A model generated the notes under the pieces. That model did no database searches and was not told where the DNA came from. It saw only the letters and a program-made list of their open reading frames with translations. A stretch of DNA of 64,000 nucleotides, from NCBI GenBank assembly GCA_947489315.1, contig CANLCX010000007.1, positions 40,143 to 104,142 of the forward strand, given 5' to 3'. The DNA comes from an uncultured Sphingomonadaceae bacterium (GTDB taxonomy: Bacteria > Pseudomonadota > Alphaproteobacteria > Sphingomonadales > Sphingomonadaceae). The position numbers were made by a program, and so were the translations under genes. Of the stretch, positions 31,048 to 40,148 are shown in pieces. Within the stretch, counting starts at the first letter, position 1. Each line of letters opens with the position of its first letter.

Positions 31048-32202
31048 TTGAAAATGAAAAAACTGACGGTAACAAAAATTCGCAACCTGAAAGAGCCAGG
31101 TAATTATGGTGACGGCGATGGGCTGACATTGATTCTAACAGGTCCAATGAAGGGCCGTTGGAGGCTGCGGGCAAATATTAATGGACGAAGACGGGATATC
31201 GGTCTCGGTTCACTTGGTCTTGTATCATTGGCAGAAGCTCGTGAAGCCGCCTGTTTAATCCGTAAAGACATCCACAACGGTCTTGATCCGATTGCTGAGC
31301 GCAAAAAAGCGAAGCTAGTAATTCCAACATTTAGAGATGCAACAAAACAGGTTTATGCGGAATACAGTGTTGCGTGGAAAAGTGGCAAGCACCAAAAGCA
31401 ATGGATGATGACGCTCGAAAAGCATGTTTTTCCCAAAATTGGAAATCGGCTAGTCAATGATATTGAAGGACCGGTTATACGGGATGTACTGGCTCCGATA
31501 TGGCTGACAAAACCAGAAACAGCGCGAAGGGTAAAACAGCGGATCGGAGTTGTCCTCGACTGGGCCTATGCCAATGGTTTGCGTGCTTCTGAAGCACCTC
31601 TCCGTTCGGTAGGGCGCGGTTTGCCCAAACAACCCAAGAAGGATAACCATTTTGCTGCAATGCCTTATGAGGACGTACCTGAGTTCCTAAAATATTTACG
31701 CACCAAGGATAATGTGAGCCGTCTGGCACTAGAGTTCCTGATTCTGACGGCAACCCGTTCCGGCGAAGTGCGCGGCGCAACGATGGATGAGATCGACAGC
31801 AGCAATCTCCTATGGACAATTCCGGCCGAACGCATGAAAATGGGTAAAGCACATACAATCCCGCTGACAACAAGCGCACTGCATGTTCTGGAACGCGTTC
31901 GGCCCTATTTCGCTCCGGTCAGTAATCTGATTTTTCCAGGGAAAAATGTGAAACGACCGCTGTCCGATATGACTTTGATTAAGGTGCTGAGAGTTGCGGA
32001 ACTGCCATATACTGTACATGGATTTCGTTCCTCGTTTCATGACTGAGTTGCCGAACAAACCAGTTATTCTGGGGAGATTGCTGAAGCGGCACTCGCCCAT
32101 AGTATTGCGAACAAGGTAGAAGCAGCGTATCGCCGCACCGACTATCTCGAAAAGCGGCGGCCACTGATGCAGGACTGGGAGCGATTTTGCATCGCTGGTT
32201 GA
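31048..32202 (+). pseudogene. P4/CP4-57-type tyrosine integrase interrupted by in-frame TGA
   Basis: DUF4102-like N-terminus. ...HGFRSSFHD-TGA-VAEQTSYSGEIAEAALAHSIANKVEAAYRR continues in the same frame to the stop at 32200-32202. The stop sits where family members have Trp. Confidence 0.8.
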
Positions 32203-32269
32203 AATTCGTTGCCATAGTGCCCCTTTTGGGAACTTAAAGCTGTTTTGTGCTCGTGTGAATTAGTTTTAC

Positions 32270-32870
32270 CTATTGTAGTTTTTTAGCTGGTAAGGCGCAG
32301 CTGACTGGCCGCTTGCAGATTATCGGCTGGTCTGGCGAAATGCCGCGTGTATCGTGAACAACTTTGTCCGCCCGCTCGTCCAATGGAATGGATTTGGACA
32401 TATCATGATTGGTGAGCGTGATCATCACCGGACAGGTTTCCAGAGCCTCGTCAATATCGATCAACTCCGCGCCAGCCCCTTCAAACGCGGCGGGTAACTC
32501 GTTGGCATAGGACTCTACAATCTTAATCCGTCCGCCATATCGCCAGCTTTTGAAGCAGCCGCAACATTCGTAGTAGCATCCATCACGTAGCTGGTATCCG
32601 GCACATGATTATCGCAAAAAGGCGTCGGAACCGCGATAACAAAAACGTCGCCGGTCTCAACCTGCAGCGAGGCCCGCAAAGTACCGCGCGAAACCACACC
32701 TTGTACCAGGCCATCGAGATCCACTTCTTCGATGTGGATTTGCCATTGTTGATCGTGTCAACGACATGAGCGGTCACATCCACGCCAAGACCCACTATGG
32801 TCCAATCTCCTGCATCGAGGCAAAGATTGAATCACCATCAAAATCAAAAAATCCACCGACTTTTTATAAT
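32270..32870 (-). pseudogene. degraded UDP-N-acetyl-D-mannosamine dehydrogenase (wecC-like) remnant
   Basis: Three ORF fragments align by eye to residues of the intact gene at 60755-62053 (GIDVTAHVVDTIN, DLDGLVQGVVSRGTLRASLQVE..., IDIDxALExCPVMITLT...). There is a frameshift and a large internal deletion. Confidence 0.8.
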
Positions 32871-33114
32871 ACAATCGTTCGTAAGCTCTCAATTAACATT
32901 TGGACGGATCAGCGTCTGCTTTCAGACAGTGTGATCGCGAATGGGAACGGCCAGAAATAGCGCGGAAGAAAAATTCTCTTTGAAATTATCAAACTATGCT
33001 CCTGACAGTCTTCCTGCGCTATACTACCCCCTCACCGCATCTCAGTCTTTCTGCCCTTGCAAGCCAGATCAACATGATCAACTCTGTCTCAACAAAGCAC
33101 CAGATAGCTTAAAG

Positions 33115-33342
33115 ATGGAGTCCATTCCAATGATCGATAAAAGAGATAGAATTGTTCGCCTCAAAACCGTGCTGGACAGAACCGGCCTCAGCCGCTCGAC
33201 GGTCTATCGCAAAATCAGAGACGGCACTTTTCCGCGTCCAATCCCAATCAGCATAAATGGTGCAGGCTGGCGCGAGTCTGAAATCAACCGGTGGATTGCA
33301 AATCCTCCTGCTTATCGTGCTGAGAAAAACGCAATGGGGTAG
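33115..33342 (+). CDS. AlpA family phage/island regulatory protein
   Basis: RIVRLKTVLDRTGLSRSTVYRKIRDGTFPRPIPISINGAGWRESEINRWI, a typical AlpA/MerR-like HTH. Confidence 0.75.
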   Translation: MESIPMIDKRDRIVRLKTVLDRTGLSRSTVYRKIRDGTFPRPIPISINGAGWRESEINRWIANPPAYRAEKNAMG

Positions 33343-33499
33343 GATTTACCTTTGCCACCTCGGATACGGTGATATGCTCTATCAAATCAGCCAGTTTTGA
33401 AAGCGCATAAGTCTTTTCATTCCAATAGAAATAACGATCATACAGACATCGGGAATGGAACGGCCAAGGACAAAATCGGCATCCACTTGCTATATTGAG

Positions 33500-35513
33500 A
33501 TAACATAAATCCTCATAACGAGGGCCCTGCTCGACCGCGGCCAATGGTCCAACTGATCCCGCCACCCCGCATGATCCCAGATTTCTGTTTGCCAATATAC
33601 TTATCCAGCGAGGCCTCCAAGGCACCAACGTAAACTCTAGCGAGTTTTCAACCATCGCAAACTTACCGCTCACCAAATCAACGCGCTGCTTCAGATAGCC
33701 TTCAACATGTTCTCCGTTCTGTGTTTCCCGAAAAGCCAACTGGTTCTCTTCTGAAAGCTGACTTGCAATCCTAAACAACTCCCGACGCCGCAAGTTCGCG
33801 ATCATATCTTTGCATAGACCACAGAACCATCCTGTTCTTTGGCTAGGTCTTGTTCTAACAACCACCGATGACGGGCGTTGAGCGCTGACCGAACTTTCTC
33901 ACCAAAACCAGCGTCACGAACATCAGGAGGCATTTTCGATACCAGCTCCTTGTCCAACCAGATAGTAGCGTTCGCCTTGGTAAGGCGATCAAGTGCTACG
34001 GGTGATAATGTTTCGATCGTCGCCGGCTTATCTCGCACCTGCCGGGAATCATATTCAGCTACCCTATCGAGATGATCCGTCGCATAGCTTCGAGACGCCG
34101 TATATGAGTTTCCGCAAATTTTTCCGATGCATTTGGATCGAAACACAGGTGCGCATCTATGTCGTAATATCCATTATTCTGGACCGCGACATCGATAATA
34201 GTTTGATCTACTTTCCGGACACCGGATCGCCTGGGCGTCATCTTTATGATGGAATCCTTGGGGATGGCTTAATGTCCCTCCTCTTTGCCGATATCGACAT
34301 AATGGTTCTGCCCATCAATGGCATCGACGACCACGCAATGCTGATCATTCACCTCATCCGAAAACCCCCGCTTCACGATGCGCCCAATAATGGGATCGGT
34401 CAGCGGTGTCTCTGCATCATGAATGGTCTGATTGACCCTAGCACGTTTTAGATTCTGTGCCGTAAGGTCTCGCTGCAGCGTTCGGATGATATCGCCCCAC
34501 TCACCCATTTCACGCAGCGTATCTTCAAGCCCATCAACAAGCTGCCATCGTCCCTTTCCGATTGGCTCAGCCAGACCCAATGAATTGAGCTCTTGGAGCC
34601 GTGCGGCACGCAAGGATTGCTGAAAGGGATCACGGTTAGTTGCAGCAACAATCCGATCCCGATCCATATCGCGGATCAATCTGCGACCAATAGCGGTCAG
34701 CTACTCTTCGCTAATGTCATGTCGCACGTGTTCTTCGATTTCCAAATCACTGCGCGGGCCCGGATCAAGCGTCACGATCTCAGACAAGCGTTCGCGCATG
34801 CCGTTAGACAGGTAATCCCTGGCAATGACCAAATCCTTGCTCCGGTCGTCAACGCCGCGCAGCACAATATGGGCGTGCGGATGTCCGGTGTTAAAATGAT
34901 CTACTGCGACCCAATCAAGCTTGGTGTTCAGGTTCCTTTCCATCTGCGCCATAAACCGCTGTATGAGCGGTTTGAGATCATCATATCGCGCGCCGTCTTC
35001 GGCCGACACAATGAACCGGAACTGATGGCGATCTTCCTGCCCACGCTGCTAAAACTCATTGCCGTCGGCATGATCGCTTTCGGTAGCATAAAGCTTGCCC
35101 GGTTCGCCTTCACGGGTGACGCCGTCACGCTCAATATAGCGCAGATGCGCCTGCGCCGCCGCTTGTCCCTTGCCCGTTACATAGCGCGATTTGATAATGA
35201 TTCGCCGCGACCGCGTCCTGGAATGGCGATCGCGAGAACCAAGCACCCTGCTAATAGCCGCACCGCGTCCAATGCGTGCGCCGGTAAATCGGGACTTGCC
35301 GCCAGATCGCTTGATATCGCCCGCCAAGGCCGAGGATGCCAGTACCTTATGTAGAAAGCGCCTGGCCTTCTTGCCGCCTTTGCTGCGGCTGCGCCCAAGC
35401 CTAGGTTTGAACTCGTCGTCGCTCATGCAGGGCGCCTCAATTTTAAGGTATATAGGTACCGCAGAAGACAGCGAGATAGTGCAAAGGCCTGGAAAAACTG
35501 GAGTTCTCGCCAA
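33500..35513 (-). pseudogene. ICE relaxase (relaxase/mobilisation nuclease plus DUF3363 type), multiply frameshifted
   Basis: Five consecutive minus-strand ORF pieces carry family blocks AHLRYIERDGVTREG, LDWVAVDHFNTGHPHAHIVLRGVDD, GRIVKRGFSDE and FTLVPWRP in different frames. Confidence 0.75.
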
Positions 35514-35825
35514 ATAATCTCCCTAATTGGCAACGATGAAGCGGGAGTCTCTCTGAAAAAGGATTTGCAGACAATGACATAGCTCGCATCGCGAGACAGT
35601 ACTTTTATCTTGCCTTCCCCATTTTTTGTTCTCCTGCCTTGCAATCTCACATCCCTATAGTCGGGCCAGAACCTTCCAATATGCATCGGAGCTAGTGATC
35701 CTCCCGGCCACTTGCACGCCGGATTGCAAACAGGCTGTGTAGCTGTTCATCTTGATTAAAAGAAGATCAAATTTTACACCCGATTGAATCTTATAGAACA
35801 GCTCAACCCGCTGTTTGCAGGCCGC

Positions 35826-36330
35826 CTACGATGCACGTGGAAACACAGAAGAAGACACCCCAGCAACCGCGCGAACATAGGACATGGTTTCAGAAGGCAA
35901 GCCCCTTCGGCCTTGCATAAGCCTTATAGCGCCCGGGTCCGGCATTATAGGCTGCGCACAAACCGGGATACCCAAAGCGGTCAAACATGGCCCGCAAGTG
36001 GGCTGTTCGGACCAATATGTTGGCGCGCGGATCATCGCGATTATCACCTAATCTATGCGCTTTTGTAAGTTGCAACCAGATTGCGGACATGACTTGCATC
36101 AGGCCCATCGCACCGGCATGCGAGCGTGTGGGACGTTCGTTTAGCATCATTTGCCCCGCACTTTCGGGGTACATAGCCGGTTTGATCCAGCTTTGTGGAA
36201 TACCAAAACGCAGCGATGCTTCAGCAATAAAAGGCTGCCACCGTGCAACGGATTCTGCCTTCGCTGGTGATGGAGAAATAAGCAATACAGTGCCAATGAT
36301 CACACTCACGAGGCGCAAAGGAGCACCGCC
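35826..36330 (-). pseudogene. lytic transglycosylase (SLT/VirB1-like), frameshifted near the C-terminus
   Basis: RWQPFIAEASLRFGIP...ESAG...GAMGLMQVM...AAYNAGPGRY. The expected LPSET...Y tail lies in another frame (ORF 35826..36047). Confidence 0.6.
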
Positions 36331-36499
36331 TTCTGGCAACGCGCATGTTGTGCAGTCGGTTTCCACCAAGCAAATGCAGGCAGCAGAATTGATCAGCGAG
36401 CTCAGAACACCAATACAGCTCGCAAAACTATCATTGCCGCTTCCCTTTTCAAACCAACTCATGAAAATCGCAGAAAAGAAATCTATCAAGGAAAAAGCC

Positions 36500-37140
36500 G
36501 CACCGAGGTCTCGGGCGCAAACCACCAACAGGTTTGCGCTCAAGGGATCGGAAACCCACGGCTTTATCAACGCCGTGCAAGTCTATCCTTTTGCCCGAGG
36601 CACCGTCTACAAACTCTATGCGGCTCCAGAACGGGTCAGCGATATTGCCCTGCAGCCGGGCGAGATACTTACGTCTGTGGCCTCTGGCGACACGGTGCGC
36701 TGGATTGTTGGCGATACTACTAGTGGGTCGGGAACAGAGCGTCGGACACACACATTGGTAAAACCATCAGCACCCGGCCTGACCACTAATCTGGTCACTA
36801 CAACTGACCGGCGCGTATATTATCTGTAACTGAAATCAACCTAAAAACAGCAATGGTCGCGCGCTCATGGACTTATCCGCAAGATAAATTGCTGGCGATC
36901 AAACGCGTACGGGATGCTGCCGATATGGGGTGCCCGTTGCTAGGGTTCTTGATATTCAAAACCTGTATTTTTTGAATATGTGATCACCGGCGACAATCCG
37001 TCTTGGCGACCCATCCGTGTGTTTGACAATGGCCGCCAGGTGTTTATCGCATTCCCCCAAAGCATCGCTGTCCGCGGAGCCCCACCGTTGTTTGTGCGCG
37101 ACCCCAAGGGCGAAACGCAGCTGGTCAATTGCCGGATCGA
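36500..37140 (+). pseudogene. P-type conjugative transfer protein TrbG/VirB9, frameshifted
   Basis: INAVQVYPF..GTVYKLYAAPERVSDIALQPGE...GDTVRWIVGDTTSGSG...TNLVTTTDRRVYYL, then SWTYPQD, then ITGDNPSWRPIRVFDNGRQVFIAFP, in three different frames. Confidence 0.7.
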
Positions 37141-37240
37141 ACGCCGAGCAACCTCACAATTGCGATACTACCTGAGTTACATGATGCCCTTATCGATTAT
37201 GCGGCCATCTATGCCGAAACCTATGGCCAGGCTGATCCGG
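37141..37240 (+). pseudogene. DUF2274-like protein fragment
   Basis: LTIAILPELHDALIDYAAIYAETYGQ resembles the small DUF2274 protein that follows trbI in Tn4371-type ICEs (from memory). Truncated by the IS fragment. Confidence 0.4.
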
Positions 37241-37625
37241 TCGGCAACATCCTCGCCGCGCATGGTCGTGCAAAGCTTCCAGCTGATGATGTAGCGACTG
37301 AAGTCATCGAGGACGGTGGGAAGATAATACCACCCCCAACCATTGATCTTGAGATAGGTAAAGTCCGTCTGCCATAGCTGATTGGGTGCGGTCGTCTTGT
37401 CCTTAAACTCGCTGGCCGCTTTCATCACGATAAAGGCCTAGCTGGCAATCAGGTCATGGGCCTTCAGTAGCTGGTAAACGCCAGCCTCTGATACGAAGTA
37501 ACCCTTGGTATTGGTGAACATCACCGCCAGTTCGCGTAGGCTGAGATCAGTGCGCTTCACCGCCATGTCAATTATCTGGCCCTGCACATCACCCGGGATC
37601 CGGTACCACGGGCTAGCATGATGTG
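37240..37625 (-). mobile_element. IS3-family transposase fragment (truncated at both ends, internal stop)
   Basis: Minus strand reads ...LSLRELAVMFTNTKGYFVSEAGVYQLLKAHDLIAS-stop-AFIVMKAASEFKDKTTAPNQLWQTDFTYLKINGWGWYYLPTVLDDFSRYIISWKLCTTM. Confidence 0.7.
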
Positions 37626-37888
37626 AGTGCGCGGCTCGTCACATTGGCATCAGCTGGATCAACTGATCTATATTCCATGCTGCTATTGTAGCAATCAATC
37701 TTCCAGAGTATCCTCTGGACCAATAATAAATCTAATCAGAATCAGTGTTCAATGACAGGAAAAGCCAGTGCTCTGGAAGTTAATTGCAAATCCGTCATCT
37801 AATCGCTACTGATGCCCAGCAATCATGTAAATAGATATTTTACGGATTGTTATTTCACAAACCTCGCGTTGGCAGTAGCTATTGTAAA

Positions 37889-39337
37889 ATGATCAGAGTC
37901 CCGAAAAATAGGCTGAATCGTATTTTCACCGATCTAGCAGCACCGAACTCGCGTTTCTTGGCCTTTGTCGTTTTCATGGTGCTGGTGTTTTTCACCGGTG
38001 GTAGTTCGCGTGATGATGTACAGTCTCTTGTCATTTTGCGGCCAATGGCAATTTTGTTTGGCGCATATGCGCTGACATGCAGGTCCCCTGACCACTGGAA
38101 AGGTCGCCTTTTCCCGCTATCTATCGCTTTTGCGCTACTGGTGCTCATGATCTTACAGTTAATTCCTCTGCCACCTTCTGCTTGGACAGAACTTCCTGGG
38201 CGTAAAATATTCGCTGAGATAGCAGATCTAGCAGGTATTCCGCAGCCTTGGCGGCCAATGACGCTTTCACCGTCGCGGACGCTGAACAGTTTATCTTCTC
38301 TCGCGGTTCCGATCACAGCTATGATGCTATACTTAAATCTTGACCAGCGGCGCGGGAAACAGGTGATAAGTATCATCATTGTATTGACGGCCATCAGTGC
38401 TCTATGGGCCATACTTCAACTTGCTGGGTCACCGCGGGGGCCTCTATATCTTTACAATGTTACAAACTCTGGAGAGGCTGTCGGGCTTTTTGCAAACCGC
38501 AATCATCAGGCGGTTCTGCTGGCTGCAACGATCGTAATGCTCGGATGGTATGCGGTTTCGAATTCCCCAGCTGTGCGTTTCGCAGCATTGAAATTCTATG
38601 GCAGTATTGCGATGATTTTTGTTTTTGTTCCTCTCATTTTTATCACAGGCTCCCGTGCGGGCCTGTTACTTATGGTCCCTGCGTTGATGGCGGCAATGAC
38701 GCTCTTCTACTTTGGACAATATATGGTCGAAAATCCATCGAATGTAAAAAAGCGCCAGAAGAAAAAGTACTTCGGCCTATCTTCGCGGCAACTTTTCGTG
38801 ACCACAACTATGGTAGTGGTGATATTAATGGGAGTTCTATCGATATATTTTTCGCGCTCTTTAGCGTTTGATCGTCTCTTTGGCGACGGAGAAATTAGCG
38901 AACTGCGTGCTCAGGTTTTGCCAACGTTAATCCAGATGCTAGCTAATTATTCCCCATGGGGGACTGGGTTTGGTTCCTTTGAGCATGTTTACAAAATACA
39001 TGAACCACAGGAGCTACTTAAACCGACTTATCTAAATCAGGCACATAACGATTGGCTCCAGTACCCCATAGAGGGAGGGGCGGTGGCGATAGTGATCGGC
39101 GTTGCTTCAATGACATGGGCCACTTGGCAATTGATAAAGCTCGCACAAAAATGGAGTATATCGCACTACACAAAATATATCGCTCTAATGACCGTTACTG
39201 TTATGTTGATTTTTCTGGCTGGGAGTGTAGGCGACTATCCATTGCGTTCGCCTTCTTTAATAACAATATTTGCTCTAATGGCTTGTATTTTCAATGACGC
39301 CGTGAGGGCCGTTCAGCGAAGAGAAAAGAACGCATAG
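37889..39337 (+). CDS. O-antigen ligase / Wzy_C family membrane protein (ExoQ-like)
   Basis: About 10-12 TM segments, GGSSRDDVQSLVILRP N-terminal block, large loop with YLNQAHNDWLQYPIEGG. Confidence 0.7.
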   Translation: MIRVPKNRLNRIFTDLAAPNSRFLAFVVFMVLVFFTGGSSRDDVQSLVILRPMAILFGAYALTCRSPDHWKGRLFPLSIAFALLVLMILQLIPLPPSAWTELPGRKIFAEIADLAGIPQPWRPMTLSPSRTLNSLSSLAVPITAMMLYLNLDQRRGKQVISIIIVLTAISALWAILQLAGSPRGPLYLYNVTNSGEAVGLFANRNHQAVLLAATIVMLGWYAVSNSPAVRFAALKFYGSIAMIFVFVPLIFITGSRAGLLLMVPALMAAMTLFYFGQYMVENPSNVKKRQKKKYFGLSSRQLFVTTTMVVVILMGVLSIYFSRSLAFDRLFGDGEISELRAQVLPTLIQMLANYSPWGTGFGSFEHVYKIHEPQELLKPTYLNQAHNDWLQYPIEGGAVAIVIGVASMTWATWQLIKLAQKWSISHYTKYIALMTVTVMLIFLAGSVGDYPLRSPSLITIFALMACIFNDAVRAVQRREKNA

Positions 39338-39437
39338 CAATAGAAGATTTTCTAGACGGCTCAGACTCCGTGTCAGAGGTTTACGTCTCAAACTCAATCG
39401 GCTACCGCAGGCCAATATTAATGGAAAACTTTCGAAG

Positions 39438-40148
39438 ATGATGAAGCGTTTATTTTGTCTAATTCCGCTCCTTATGTTATCTGGATGTGCTGGGCAGGCC
39501 ATATTGGGTAGCTCCGCCGATGTAACAGTGGTTTCCAGCGAAGGGCTGCCCGAACCGACACGTGTTGATCTTATGAGTTCCAATCGGCCATATCTCATTG
39601 GACCTTTCGATAAACTGAAAATTGACGTTTTTGGCATTGGAGCCCTCAGCAAGGAAGTACAGATCGATGCCAGCGGACGATTGTCATTTCCGCTGATAGG
39701 TGTTGTAGAGGCGTCCGGCCTGACCCCTGGTGAACTGGGCGACGAACTTGAAAAGCGTCTACAAGGTCGCTATGTTCGTGACCCGCAAGTTACGGTCAAT
39801 CTCGAAGAAACTGTTAGCCAAGTTATAACGGTTGATGGGCAGGTAGACAAACCAGGACTTTACCCAGTGATAGGGCGTATGACTTTAATGCGCGCTGTGG
39901 CTACCGCAGGCGGTACAGCAGAATTTGCTAAGCTAAATGACGTCGTAATTTTTCGCGAAGTAGATGGCGAACAGCTTGCAGGCCTCTATAATCTCAAAGC
40001 CATTCGCCGAGGCAATTATTCGGATCCAGAAGTCTTTGCCAATGATGTCATTGTCGTTGGCGACTCTCAAGCTCGTCGCCTGTTCCGCGATCTTATTCAG
40101 GCCTCTCCGCTTATAACAACTCCGCTGATCATATTGTTTAGACAATAA
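39438..40148 (+). CDS. polysaccharide export outer-membrane/periplasmic protein (Wza/GumB/ExoF family)
   Basis: Lipobox LMLSGC, Poly_export-like block IGPFDKLKIDVFG, SLBB-like ITVDGQVDKPGLYPV. Confidence 0.75.
   Translation: MMKRLFCLIPLLMLSGCAGQAILGSSADVTVVSSEGLPEPTRVDLMSSNRPYLIGPFDKLKIDVFGIGALSKEVQIDASGRLSFPLIGVVEASGLTPGELGDELEKRLQGRYVRDPQVTVNLEETVSQVITVDGQVDKPGLYPVIGRMTLMRAVATAGGTAEFAKLNDVVIFREVDGEQLAGLYNLKAIRRGNYSDPEVFANDVIVVGDSQARRLFRDLIQASPLITTPLIILFRQ

Larger units (their letters stand above)
30902..37650. mobile_element. decayed tRNA-Ser-linked integrative/conjugative element remnant
   Basis: A P4-type integrase lies next to the tRNA 3' end. It is followed by AlpA and pseudogenised relaxase, lytic transglycosylase, TrbG, DUF2274 and an IS fragment. 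The right boundary is not defined by a clear repeat. Confidence 0.7.

Noticed and set aside
34593-35354. 253-aa plus-strand ORF in the ICE remnant
   Set aside because: It lies antisense to the relaxase pseudogene pieces and has no recognisable motifs.
35987-36829. 280-aa plus-strand ORF
   Set aside because: It is chimeric. Its first two thirds are antisense to the lytic transglycosylase remnant, and only the last ~100 codons are a genuine TrbG fragment. It is reported as part of the TrbG pseudogene instead.
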